Assembly: GCA_963803435.1 (NCBI GenBank) | Contig: CAWDML010000005.1 | Location: 352,001 to 416,000, forward strand | DNA from: an uncultured delta proteobacterium | GTDB taxonomy: Bacteria > Myxococcota > Kuafuiibacteriia > Kuafuiibacteriales > Kuafuiibacteriaceae | Direction of reading: 5' to 3' | DNA: 64,000 nt | Shown: one piece after another, positions 43,867 through 55,669 of the stretch | Numbering within the stretch: position 1 is the first letter of the stretch | How the letters are laid out: every line of letters starts with the position of its first letter | The notes under the pieces: model-generated | The model's database searches: none | Seen by the model: the letters and a program-made list of their open reading frames with translations, nothing else | Told to the model about the DNA's origin: nothing | Program-made: the position numbers and the translations under genes

Positions 43867-44325
43867 TCACCGGGGGCCACTGACGACCCGCTTGTAGATC
43901 TCACGATCGATGCGATGAAAGCCGACGGCCCGATAGAACTCGCGGGCCGAAACGTTCTGGTTGGCGACTTCCAGCGTGATGCTGGGCAAACCCTCGGAGG
44001 CTGCGTAGTCCTCCACGAAGCTGATCATTCGCCGCCCCAGCCCGTGCTCGCGCGCCTTGCCCTTGACGAAGATCTCGTCGAGGACCGCCACGTCCGAGGC
44101 CCACTCGAAGCTGGGCCGCCGCACGACCAGCGCGTAGCCGATGGCTTCGCCCACGTCGGTCGCGAGCACCACGCGGCCCCGATTGGGCGCCTCGAACAGG
44201 TCCTCGAGCACGGCGCCGAGCTGCTCGCCGGAATGCGCGCGCAGGCCCTCCTGCAGGTGGTACTCCTCGAGCAGCGGGAGGAGCGCGGCGATGTCGGCAC
44301 GCGAGGCCCAGCGGATCTCAGCCAT
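43867..44325 (-). CDS. GNAT family N-acetyltransferase
   Basis: DEIFV..REHGLGRRMI and N..AREFYRAVGF. Confidence 0.9.
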   Translation of the reverse strand: MAEIRWASRADIAALLPLLEEYHLQEGLRAHSGEQLGAVLEDLFEAPNRGRVVLATDVGEAIGYALVVRRPSFEWASDVAVLDEIFVKGKAREHGLGRRMISFVEDYAASEGLPSITLEVANQNVSAREFYRAVGFHRIDREIYKRVVSGPR

Positions 44326-44403
44326 CGGCTGCTGCTAGCGCGAAAACGGCGGGCGCGGCAAGGTCGACGGATCCGACGGGCCCATGTTACCCATGCGGGT
44401 CGG

Positions 44404-45933
44404 GTGCCGGAGCTCCTCCTCATCCTCTACTTCGCCCTCCTGGGCACGCTCGCGCTCCTCGGCGTCCATCGCTTGATCCTGACCGCCATCGCCGTCCGTG
44501 CCCCGAAGATCGTGCAGACCCCGGTGTCCGGACCGTGGCCGCCCGTGCTGGTCCAGCTGCCGATCTACAACGAGGCGTTCGTCGCAGAGCGTCTGGTCCG
44601 GGCGGCCGCCGCCCTTCGCGCTTCCGGGCCCCTCACACTCCAGATCCTGGACGACTCGACGGATGAGACGGCCCGTATCCTCGATCGCACCGTCGCCGAG
44701 CTCTCCTCAGCGGGCGTCGATGTGCGCATCGAGCGTCGAGGCGACCGTTCGGGCTACAAGGCGGGAGCCCTCGCACACGGAATGGCGCGGACCGACCACC
44801 CGCTGATCGCGATCTTCGACGCGGACTTCATCCCCGCCCCCGACTTCCTCGAGCGGATGGTGCCTTCGCTCCTCTCCTCGGAGCGCATCGGTCTGGTACA
44901 GGCGCGCTGGGGTCACGTCAATCGATCCTCGTCGATGTTGACGCGCGCCCAGTCGATCTTCCTCGACGGCCACTTCGCCGTCGAGCACCGCGCGCGCGCA
45001 GCCACCGGTCACTTCTTCAACTTCAACGGGACCGCCGGCGTATGGCGCCGGGCGGCGATCGAACATGCGGGCGGATGGACGCCCGACACGATCACCGAGG
45101 ATCTCGATCTGTCCTATCGCGCGCAGCTCGCCGGCTGGCGCTTCGAGTATCTCGACGACGTCGTCGCACCGGCGGAGCTCCCCGAACGCTGGTCCGCGTT
45201 CCGCTCTCAACAAGCACGATGGGTCCGCGGCAGCGTCGAGGCCGCCCGGAGACATCTGAAGCGCGTCCTCTTCACGTCCGAGCTCCCGCTGGCGGTACGC
45301 GCCGACGCCGCGGTCCACCTCACCAACAACTTCGCCTACCTCTTGATGGCGTTGCTCGCCTGTCTGCTCCCGGCGGCTGTCGTGCTCCGCGATCAGTTGG
45401 GGTGGAGGGTGCCGTTCGGTCAGACGGCGCTCTCCGCGCTCGACCTCTCGATGCTCACCGCGGGCACCTGCGCGATGATCGTCTTCTATGCCGCCGCTGT
45501 GGTACGCACCGACGGCCGCCTGACGGCCTCCCGCGTCCTGGATCTGGTCTATGCGCTCTGCGTGGGCGCCGGGATGAGCCTGTCGAACGCGCGCGAGGTG
45601 CTGGTCGGCCTTCGCTCCCACGGCTCGGAGTTCGTCCGCACACCCAAGCGCGGCGACACCGGGCGGGCGCAAGCGATGGCGATCTACCGGACGCCGCGCC
45701 GCCGGCTCCTCCTCGCGGTCGAATCGATCTTCACGATCTACTTCGCGGCCGGCCTCGCCTATGCGCTCTACTTCGAGCTCTGGGGCGCGCTGCCGTTCCT
45801 GCTGTTGTATCTGATCGGCTTCAGCTCGGTGGTGATGGGGCACGTCCTCGAGCTGGTTCAGTCGAGCTTGTCGAGTCGGATGATCTCGGTGACCGAGCCC
45901 TCCTCCTCCTCCTCGCCGTCCTCACTCTCGTAG
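44404..45933 (+). CDS. processive GT2 glycosyltransferase (cellulose/mannan-synthase-like)
   Basis: QLPIYNE, LDDSTD, YKAGAL, DADF, VQARW, TEDLD, QQARW (QxxRW) and TM helices. GTG start assumed at 44404. Confidence 0.9.
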   Translation: MPELLLILYFALLGTLALLGVHRLILTAIAVRAPKIVQTPVSGPWPPVLVQLPIYNEAFVAERLVRAAAALRASGPLTLQILDDSTDETARILDRTVAELSSAGVDVRIERRGDRSGYKAGALAHGMARTDHPLIAIFDADFIPAPDFLERMVPSLLSSERIGLVQARWGHVNRSSSMLTRAQSIFLDGHFAVEHRARAATGHFFNFNGTAGVWRRAAIEHAGGWTPDTITEDLDLSYRAQLAGWRFEYLDDVVAPAELPERWSAFRSQQARWVRGSVEAARRHLKRVLFTSELPLAVRADAAVHLTNNFAYLLMALLACLLPAAVVLRDQLGWRVPFGQTALSALDLSMLTAGTCAMIVFYAAAVVRTDGRLTASRVLDLVYALCVGAGMSLSNAREVLVGLRSHGSEFVRTPKRGDTGRAQAMAIYRTPRRRLLLAVESIFTIYFAAGLAYALYFELWGALPFLLLYLIGFSSVVMGHVLELVQSSLSSRMISVTEPSSSSSPSSLS

Positions 45934-48900
45934 CGGTGGCCTACCGGGTTGCTGAGCGCACCGCCGAACTTCGGGTTCTGGTTCATCACCTGCGGGGACT
46001 CGGTGGTCGTCTCGGCGGCGAACTTCTCGTCGAAGCCGAGCGCGACGTCGTCCTCGGTGGCCTGGATCTCGGCCATCAGCGCGGCGAAGGGGGCCGCGTT
46101 CTCGTTGCTCGGCTCGCTGGTGGGCTCGCCGAGCCGCGCCGCCAGGGCCGCCTGACGGATCACGGCCGTCGGAGGTGAGTAGTCGGGATCGACGGTGTCC
46201 GACAGCCCTAGGGGCTCGACCTCGCCCGTGTAGAGCTGCGGCTTGAGCGCGTCCTGGACCGCGGCGTCGGCCATTACCTCGCTGAAGTGCTCGGGGATGG
46301 AGCGTCGCGCCTTGTCGAGCACGCCCGCGACCTTGCGGACGAGGCGCTGGCGCTCGATCATCGCCCGGTTGTCGGACTTGGTTCGCTCGAGCTCCTTCTT
46401 GAGCTCCGCGACCGCGGACTCGAGCTGACGGAGCCGATCGGCTTTGACCTCGATCTCATTGATCAGCGCGTCCTCGCTCACCTGGAGCGCGAGCGCGTCG
46501 TCCTGCGCCGCCCGCAGCTTTTGCTGCGTGTCTTCGAGGTCGGCCGCCAGCGAGTCGACCTCCGCCTTGAACGATCCGATCTGCGCGCCCGCGTCCTCGA
46601 TGGAGTGCTTGAGGCCCTGAAGCTCCGCGTCCTTGGCCGCGGTCTCTTTCTGCGCCTTTTCCAGCTGCGAGGTCAGCGAGGTCACCCGCGCCTGGAGCTC
46701 GGAGCCCGAGGTCTCCACCTTACGCCGCAGCGTGGTGGTCTCCGAGTACGCGTCCGATAGCTCCGCCTCGCGGCGGCTGAGCTCGCTCTGGACGTCTTCG
46801 AGCTGCGACTCGACCTCGGCGCGCACGCCGCGCTCCGACTCGAGCATCGCCTCGAGCTCCTGGCGCGACGCCATCTCCTCCTCGAGCCGCGACTCGAGCT
46901 CCTGCTCGTTCTTGGCGCTCTGCTCGGTCCTGGCGGAGAGGTCGGCGTGGCTCTGCTCGACCTCCTCGAGCTCCGACTCGAGGGATGCGATCTGCGACTC
47001 GAATCGCTCGCGCTCCTGGTTCGAGGTCTCCAGCTTCTCCTTGGCCTTCCGGACGAGATCCTCCGCGCGCTGCCAGCGGGCCCGCTCCTCCTCGAGCATC
47101 CGGGTGGTCTCGCGATCCTTCTCCTCCAGCCGGCTCAGCTGATCCTCGAGGTTCTCGACCTGCTCCTGGAGCGCCTCACGTTCGGCGTGGGCCTCCTCGT
47201 AGCCGCCCTTGTACTGGGCCGCTTCGGCGCGGGTCTGCTTGAGCGACTTCTCGGCGAGCTTGAGCGAGCTCTCGAGGTCGTGCGAGCGCGACTCCAGGTT
47301 CGTCGCGCTCTTCCGGTAGTGATCGAGCTCAGCGAGCCGCTCGAAGAAATTGGTCTGGGCGCCGTCGAGCTCTCCTTCGAGCTCGCCGATCCTGCGGCCC
47401 GCCTCGCCGCGTTCGGCCTCGAGGGTCTCCTCGAGCTCGGTGATCGCGGCCTCGAGCTCGACGATCCGATCGTCCTTGCCGCCGGCCACCTCGAGCATGC
47501 TCTCGAGCTGGGCCACCCAATCGTTGAGCGCGCGGATCTGGTCTGAGGCCGCCCGGCGCTTCTCCTCGAACTCGGCCGCCTCGGCGTCGTGGGTGTTGTT
47601 GAGCGTCTCGAGCAGCTCCCGGTGGCGGACCTCGAGGGCCGCCAGCTGCTCCGCGCGCTCGGTCTCGAGACCCTCGACCTGCGCCAGGTGAGTCGCCTCC
47701 AGCGAGAACTCGCGCTCCTTGTGCTCGCCGTGGACGCGGTCGAGCTCGGCCCGGTGCTCTTCGAGCACGACCTCCAGCTTGGCGTCGTACTCGCGCTCGA
47801 GCTGCTGCTCGGCGTTCGTCTTCTCGAAGACCAGCTGATCGAGCTGATCGTGGAGGTTGTGGACCTGCTGGCCCCGGTCGGTGGAGACGGCCTCCACGGT
47901 CTCGAGCCGAGCCCGCAGCTCTGCGATCTCCTCGGCCGCCGCCTCGCCGGCCGCGCGCAGCTGGTCGAGCTCCTCGATCTCCTCCTGGAGCAGCGAGAGC
48001 CGCTTCTGATCGTCGGAGAGCGCCTCGTGGGCCTGGTGGAGCTGCTCGCGCAGCGTCGTGTTCGCGTCCTCGATCTCGGCGGTGCGCGCCAGCTTGGCGG
48101 CCTCCTCCGCGTCCTTCTCCTGGAAGATCCGCGTGATCTCCTCCTGGAAGGCGCGGAACTCGCTCTCCACCGCGCCGAGCCGCGTCTGCGTGGTGTCGCG
48201 CGTCCGGATCACCTCTTCGAGGCGCGCCTCGGCCTGCTGCTGGTTGAGCTGGAGCGCGACGACCTGACGGGCCAGGTCGGCGCCGCGCTGCATGACCTCG
48301 TCCCACGTCGACTTCAGCGCCTTCTCGCGGGTCTGGTACTTCTTGACCAGGCTCCGCAGCGCGTTGAGCCGCTCCTCCGGCGAGGCGCGACCGAGGGCCT
48401 GCTCGGGCTCCGATGCGGTCGCCTGCCGGAACGCGTCCTCGAATCTCTGGGCCGGCCAGAGATCCGTGTCGGTCGCGGGTGAACCGACATCGCCGGTCTT
48501 CGGGAGGGGCGGCGGTCCCTGTGGGAGGGGGGGCGGATTTGCGCTGGCCCCGCGCGGGATGGGAGGTGGGGGTGTGCGGACCTGAGGGTCGAGGCCGTCC
48601 TCGTCCTCGTCCTCGGGATCCCAGCCACCGTTGTCGGAGGGCGACGGCTCCGGCGCGGCCTCCAGCATCTCGGTGAGCTTCCCGATCAACGCCTCGATCG
48701 CGACCGGCTTGATCGCGTACTCGTTGGCGCGATCGGTCGACTGCGCGTGCTTCTCCAGCGACTGGGGGGTGGCCTCGCTGCTGGTGAGGAAGATCGGTAG
48801 GTCCTTGAGATCCTTGTCGCGGCGGATCCGGCTGCAGAGCGAGAAGCCGGCCATCGGCTTCCGCCCCAGCTCGACGTTCAACAACACCACCGCCGGACGC

Positions 48901-49028
48901 ATCTTCCGGACGGTATCGATCGAGGCGTCGTCGACGGTGTGCACCGCGATCCCCAGGATCTCCAGGGCGTCCTGGGCCGATTGCGCGAATCCTTGGTCGC
49001 TATCGACGATGAGGATGGACTTGCCCAC
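45858..49028 (-). CDS. pseudo-receiver plus long coiled-coil protein (AglZ/FrzS-like)
   Basis: N-terminal ILIVDSD..RPAVVLLNVEL..GFSLC..KH..ANEYAIKP, a Pro-rich linker and roughly 700 aa of E/L-rich heptads. Confidence 0.8.
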   Translation of the reverse strand: MGKSILIVDSDQGFAQSAQDALEILGIAVHTVDDASIDTVRKMRPAVVLLNVELGRKPMAGFSLCSRIRRDKDLKDLPIFLTSSEATPQSLEKHAQSTDRANEYAIKPVAIEALIGKLTEMLEAAPEPSPSDNGGWDPEDEDEDGLDPQVRTPPPPIPRGASANPPPLPQGPPPLPKTGDVGSPATDTDLWPAQRFEDAFRQATASEPEQALGRASPEERLNALRSLVKKYQTREKALKSTWDEVMQRGADLARQVVALQLNQQQAEARLEEVIRTRDTTQTRLGAVESEFRAFQEEITRIFQEKDAEEAAKLARTAEIEDANTTLREQLHQAHEALSDDQKRLSLLQEEIEELDQLRAAGEAAAEEIAELRARLETVEAVSTDRGQQVHNLHDQLDQLVFEKTNAEQQLEREYDAKLEVVLEEHRAELDRVHGEHKEREFSLEATHLAQVEGLETERAEQLAALEVRHRELLETLNNTHDAEAAEFEEKRRAASDQIRALNDWVAQLESMLEVAGGKDDRIVELEAAITELEETLEAERGEAGRRIGELEGELDGAQTNFFERLAELDHYRKSATNLESRSHDLESSLKLAEKSLKQTRAEAAQYKGGYEEAHAEREALQEQVENLEDQLSRLEEKDRETTRMLEEERARWQRAEDLVRKAKEKLETSNQERERFESQIASLESELEEVEQSHADLSARTEQSAKNEQELESRLEEEMASRQELEAMLESERGVRAEVESQLEDVQSELSRREAELSDAYSETTTLRRKVETSGSELQARVTSLTSQLEKAQKETAAKDAELQGLKHSIEDAGAQIGSFKAEVDSLAADLEDTQQKLRAAQDDALALQVSEDALINEIEVKADRLRQLESAVAELKKELERTKSDNRAMIERQRLVRKVAGVLDKARRSIPEHFSEVMADAAVQDALKPQLYTGEVEPLGLSDTVDPDYSPPTAVIRQAALAARLGEPTSEPSNENAAPFAALMAEIQATEDDVALGFDEKFAAETTTESPQVMNQNPKFGGALSNPVGHRYESEDGEEEEEGSVTEIIRLDKLD

Positions 49029-49095
49029 GCGGAGGCTCACGGGGACCCACATCCGGTGGGCCCGCCGGGCAGTCTGACTGGGGCTCGATGTGGGG

Positions 49096-51054
<1,959 letters not shown>

Positions 51055-51131
51055 CGTTGCCTCACTCCCTGAAAAGCAAAATCCTCGCCGCGCTCCGGTG
51101 AGCACGGCGAGGATTTCATCAAGACGTCATG

Positions 51132-53948
51132 TCAGTTGCAGGTGCGGCTGCCGTCGGTCGGGCAGGCCGAGCCGACGCAGCACAGACGTCGCGGCACCGC
51201 GCCGCCGTACTCCGCCGGGATCTCACCCGGGAGGTCGTGCCCGACGTAGGACGTCAGCGCCAGGATCTCCTTCAGCTCCTGGAAGAAGCCGTTCCCGAGC
51301 GGCGCCTGGGTCCGGAGGTAGAACGGCGCCGGCTGCCCGCCGCGGCACACGCCCGCGGTGGTGTCGCAGGTGGCACCGGCCACCGTGCAGTCGGCGTCGA
51401 TCGTGCACGCGCCGCAGCCGCCGAACTGGGTACCGCTGCTGTCGATGCGCGGGCACAGCCCGAACCCCTGCATGAAGAGCGCGAGGTAGAGGCTGGTGGT
51501 CACGTGCACGTAGCGGTTCGGGTCGAACGGCTGGCCTGCCGTGAGGTCGAACAGCGGCGTCTCCTCGAAGGTGGCGCCGGTGTCGGTCCAGGCGGCGTCG
51601 CCCGCCCCTGCATCGATCAGGTCGATGCGGGTGATGCGCCCGGTGGTCAGCGGGTTCGCCGGATCGAACTCGGGGAGCGACATGTCGTATTCGACGCGGG
51701 CGCCGGAGATGGCGAGCCAGAACGAATCCGCGATCAGACCGCGCGACAGGCCGACCTCGAGGCCGACCTTCACCTCGGGCACCGAGAGCCAGAAGTCGAC
51801 GAGCGTGTATCCGGGCGTCATCTCCTGGGGCGAGATCCCGAGGGGCAGCACGCGGAACAGATCGGCGAAGGCCAGCCCGCCGGTGGCACCCATGTAGATG
51901 CCGGCGCGGACGATACCGTTGGCGGTGATCGCGATCTCGATCGGCTGGTCGACCGCGCTCGTGCTGTACCGGTTGGCCGCCCAGCGCTCGGCGTCGGCTA
52001 CCAGGTTCACGATGTTCGACTCGTGGTTCGGGATCACGTCGCCCACGTCGAACGTGGCCTGGCCCAGGATGTAGAAGAACAGATCGCCCATCACCGCCGG
52101 GTCGTCGCGGATCTCCGCCTGCTTGCCGTCCCGCCCGAAGTTGAGCGCGATCTCGAGCAGCGACGGGAAGTGGACGTCGCACTGCGCGAAGTCGGGCGCG
52201 CAGTTCGCCTGGCATCCGAGGGTGCCGCCGTCATAGCCGTAGCTCTGGCAGGTGACCGGGATGTCGGTGCCGTCGCACTGCTCGTTGCCCTCGACCGTGT
52301 TGTTGCCGCAGTTCGGCACGTCGAACGTGCACCCGGAGACATCGAGCTGCCGGTTGGTCTCGCAGGCGAGCGTACCGCCGGTGGCGCCCGGGACCAGGTT
52401 GAGGCAGTTGCCGCCGTTCGGGAGCGTCGCGCCGTCGCACTGCTCGCCGGGGAAGAACAGGTCGTCGCCCGCCTGCGCCGCCGACTGGCCCTCGAGGCCC
52501 GCGATGACCTGATCGATCAGGCCGTCGAGCACCAGCTGCGTGAGGAAGCCGAGGCCCTGCGCGCTGACCGAGCCGTTGATCGGCGTGAGGCCGGTGGTGG
52601 CCGGGTCGGTGACCCAGGGGCTACCGCTGTTCGCACGGGTGAGGCGGATCCGGCCCACGTACTCGCCGTAGGCGCCCGCCTGCACGATGTAGGTGGTGAT
52701 GCCGCTGGCGTCGTTCGGAACCTCGATGGGCTCGGGCAGCGGCGTATGGCTGTGGCCGCCGATGATCAGATCGAGACCGCGGACGCCCTGGGCGGAGAGC
52801 GCCTGATCGACGCCGCGCGCCACCAGGATGTCCTCGGACAGCCGCGCCTCCTCGGGGCCCGATCCCATGGCGTCCAGCATCGCGAGCTCCTGCTCGTTCA
52901 CGCCGGCGTGCGAGACCGCGACCACCAAGTCGACGCCCATCGCGCGCACGGTGGCGACCGCGCCGGCGACGTCGGCGACCAGTGCCGGGAAGTTGACCGT
53001 GGGATCGGCGCCGGTGGGATCGAGGGCGCAGTTGCCGTTCGAGGCCCGCGGATCCGAGGCCGGCGGGATGCAGACCGAGCGCGGGCACTCGGAGTCGTTG
53101 GTGCAGCTCGACTGCGGGTCGACGGCCAGAGAGAAGTTGATCGGCGCCTTGAAGGGCGCCACCAGCGCTGCGTCGAGCCCCATGTAGCCCACGTACCCGA
53201 CGCGCACGTTGCCGTACGTGGCGATGTAGTAGCGCGCGATCGGCTGACCGGAGGCGCCGCTCTCGGACCAGAACGCGGCCAGGGCGTCGTCGTCCGGCGA
53301 GCTCGCCGAGAAGCGGATGTTGCTGACGACCAGGGGGATCTTGAGGGTGTCGAAGGTCGCGCCCGAACCCGACGGGATGATCTCTCCCTGCGAGATCATC
53401 TGCGCCAGGATGCCCGGTCCGAAGTCGAACTCGTGGTTGCCGAGCGTCATCACGTCGTACCCGAGCACCGTCTGGATGTTGTAGTCGGGCGAGGCGAACA
53501 GGTCCGCCACCTGGAACAGCGAGCCCATCGAGACGTCGCCGGCGCTGACCACGGCGTACGGATCGTTCGCGGTCTGCGCCTCGGCGCTCAGCCGCTCGAT
53601 CGTGCGCGCGCGGCGATAGACGCCGCCCATGATCGCGGGATCGGTGGAGAGATCCGGGTAGTCGTCGAGCGTGGGAGCGAAGCCTTGAATCTGGCTGTGC
53701 TCGTCGTTCGTGTGGATGAAGGTGATCGACTTCGGCTCGTCGCCGGCGTCGTTCGTGCCCATGTCCGGCGTACCGCTGTCGACGCCGGTGTCCACGCCGG
53801 AATCGACGCCGGTGTCGACGCCGGCGTCCACGCCGGTGTCCTTGCCGAGGTCGTTGGTGTTGTCGTCGCTGTTGTTGTCAGGACATCCAGACACGCACAG
53901 CGCCAGCGTGCCCGCGAGGAGCAAGAGAGGTAGGGAGCGATAAGCCAT
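51132..53948 (-). CDS. 5'-nucleotidase/metallophosphoesterase lipoprotein with Cys-rich insertions
   Basis: Lipobox VSGC, HTNDEHS, AGD, GNHEFD, SH and GGHSH. C-domain NLVADA..NGIVR. CGN..EQCD repeats. Confidence 0.88.
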   Translation of the reverse strand: MAYRSLPLLLLAGTLALCVSGCPDNNSDDNTNDLGKDTGVDAGVDTGVDSGVDTGVDSGTPDMGTNDAGDEPKSITFIHTNDEHSQIQGFAPTLDDYPDLSTDPAIMGGVYRRARTIERLSAEAQTANDPYAVVSAGDVSMGSLFQVADLFASPDYNIQTVLGYDVMTLGNHEFDFGPGILAQMISQGEIIPSGSGATFDTLKIPLVVSNIRFSASSPDDDALAAFWSESGASGQPIARYYIATYGNVRVGYVGYMGLDAALVAPFKAPINFSLAVDPQSSCTNDSECPRSVCIPPASDPRASNGNCALDPTGADPTVNFPALVADVAGAVATVRAMGVDLVVAVSHAGVNEQELAMLDAMGSGPEEARLSEDILVARGVDQALSAQGVRGLDLIIGGHSHTPLPEPIEVPNDASGITTYIVQAGAYGEYVGRIRLTRANSGSPWVTDPATTGLTPINGSVSAQGLGFLTQLVLDGLIDQVIAGLEGQSAAQAGDDLFFPGEQCDGATLPNGGNCLNLVPGATGGTLACETNRQLDVSGCTFDVPNCGNNTVEGNEQCDGTDIPVTCQSYGYDGGTLGCQANCAPDFAQCDVHFPSLLEIALNFGRDGKQAEIRDDPAVMGDLFFYILGQATFDVGDVIPNHESNIVNLVADAERWAANRYSTSAVDQPIEIAITANGIVRAGIYMGATGGLAFADLFRVLPLGISPQEMTPGYTLVDFWLSVPEVKVGLEVGLSRGLIADSFWLAISGARVEYDMSLPEFDPANPLTTGRITRIDLIDAGAGDAAWTDTGATFEETPLFDLTAGQPFDPNRYVHVTTSLYLALFMQGFGLCPRIDSSGTQFGGCGACTIDADCTVAGATCDTTAGVCRGGQPAPFYLRTQAPLGNGFFQELKEILALTSYVGHDLPGEIPAEYGGAVPRRLCCVGSACPTDGSRTCN
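53778..53840. repeat. 12-bp coding repeat (D-[T/A/S]-G-V)n
   Basis: Encodes DTGVDAGVDTGVDSGVDTGVD after the lipobox. Confidence 0.8.
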
Positions 53949-53994
53949 GCGGGGGGCTCTACCCCCCGAACGCGGCGGATCGCAAGTGTGACGG

Positions 53995-55056
53995 CTACGG
54001 CACGCAGATACCGAAGGGCTGCCCGATGTTGCCGCACATGCCGGCGGAGCACGCGGGGGCCGCCGGGTCGCAGGGCTCGTAACAGAGGGGCGTGGCCTGG
54101 CCCTGGAGGAAGACACACACGGCGTTGTCGACGCACTGCATGTTGGGGGCGCAGGCCTGGCCCACCGCGGCGGTGCCGGAGGCCGCGCACTCGGGCGCGC
54201 CGTTCAACAGACTGCACGTCATCCCGGCGGCGCACGGGGTCGCGATGGGATCGCACGCCGTCCCCTGGGCGATGCAGATGCCCCACGCGATGCCCTGGAG
54301 CCCCTGACAGCGATCGGTCCCGGCGGTGCAGGCATGCTGGGTGTCGCAGCCTTCGTAGCACAGCATGCCGTCGCCGACGTTGAGGCAGACGCCGCCGGGG
54401 GCGCACGCGGCGGTGGCGCTGCACACGTCGCCCAGCATCGCGGTGCCGGCGGGCGTGCAGCCGGTATCGCCTTGATTGCTCACCAGGCTGCACGTCATGT
54501 CCTGCGGGCACGCGGCCGCCTTCTCCGCCGGGTTGCACAGGTTCTGGCCCTGGCACAGCCCATAGGCCGCGCCCGGCTGGAAGACGATCGTGCAGGTGTA
54601 GTCGTTGAACATGCCGGTGAGCCCGTCGCAGCCGTTGCCGTTGGCCGTCTCACAGACCTGGCGGCAGGTGGCCTGCGCTTCACCTTGGAGCTGAACGCAT
54701 GCGAGACCCGCGGCGCAGTCCTGCTGCGCGCCGTTGCACGGCTGCTCGAGCCCATTCATCGCCGGCAGCGTGCGGCACTGGCCGACGCTGGTGTTCGTTT
54801 GGAACACGCAGGACTCGCCCGCGTTGGGGCAGCCCGATCCGTCGACCGGATTGCAGGGACCGGGCACGCCGCTGTCTTCCGGCGTGCCGGTGTCGGCGGG
54901 CTCGCCGGCGTCGCCGTTCATGTTGTCGCCGCTGTCCGGCGTGGCCGTTCCGCTGTCCTTGAGCTTGGTGCTGTCGTCGTCGTCGTTGTTCTTGCCGGAG
55001 CATGCGACGAGGCCGATCAGGAGCGCGGGTGCAACGAAGATCGCGGTGCGAAACAT
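53995..55056 (-). CDS. Cys-rich repeat lipoprotein
   Basis: Lipobox LVAC, an acidic DSG/DAG/DTG stalk, then repeated C-(D/N)P..C..G..C modules with about 40 Cys. Confidence 0.85.
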   Translation of the reverse strand: MFRTAIFVAPALLIGLVACSGKNNDDDDSTKLKDSGTATPDSGDNMNGDAGEPADTGTPEDSGVPGPCNPVDGSGCPNAGESCVFQTNTSVGQCRTLPAMNGLEQPCNGAQQDCAAGLACVQLQGEAQATCRQVCETANGNGCDGLTGMFNDYTCTIVFQPGAAYGLCQGQNLCNPAEKAAACPQDMTCSLVSNQGDTGCTPAGTAMLGDVCSATAACAPGGVCLNVGDGMLCYEGCDTQHACTAGTDRCQGLQGIAWGICIAQGTACDPIATPCAAGMTCSLLNGAPECAASGTAAVGQACAPNMQCVDNAVCVFLQGQATPLCYEPCDPAAPACSAGMCGNIGQPFGICVP

Positions 55057-55291
55057 GGCGTGAGGTTCTACCCGGACCGATGTGGAGTTGGGCACCCGAA
55101 ATCCGACGGATGCCACAGTTTTTTCAGGCTGAAAGCCGGGTTGACATGCCGTTTTCGCAGGCCAAGTTGACAACCATGCGGACGGCGCGCCGGTTTTTTT
55201 TGCAAGAATACTTGCGGATTAACCTGACTTGTGGCCAAAAGTCGAAAGTCCGGTTGCGACCGGGCTTCAAACGAGGGAGCGCGGAGTAGAC

Positions 55292-55669
55292 GTGGCAACG
55301 AGGGGTAAGAAGTCCAAAAAGGCGACCAAGAAGAAGGTGGCGAAGGCGGCGCGGGCGGCGCGGGCGGCCGGGACGAACTCCGTTCCGATCGCCGTCAGCA
55401 AGTCCCTCCACCCGAAGGCGCAGGGCGCCGTCAAGAAGGCGTCCGAGCTCCTCTGGGGCCTGGGCGTGCCGCCGCACCACCTGCTCCAGGAGCTCCACGA
55501 GGTCCTCCTGCTGCGATGCCTGAAGGAGGCCGACGGCAACTACGCCGCCGCGGCGACGCTCTTCGGGCCGAGCCGGCAGTCGGTCCAGCAATACGCGAAC
55601 AGCTCGCTCCGCGACGACCGCTGGAAGCCGTATCAGCAGAATCGCCGGCGCAAGCGCGCCTCGGCGTAG
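55292..55669 (+). CDS. small basic protein with Lys/Ala-rich tail and Fis-type HTH
   Basis: GGAG at 55283 then GTG. N-terminus ATRGKKSKKATKKKVAKAARAARAA; CLKEADGNYAAAATLFGPSRQSV resembles the Fis HTH. Confidence 0.75.
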   Translation: MATRGKKSKKATKKKVAKAARAARAAGTNSVPIAVSKSLHPKAQGAVKKASELLWGLGVPPHHLLQELHEVLLLRCLKEADGNYAAAATLFGPSRQSVQQYANSSLRDDRWKPYQQNRRRKRASA

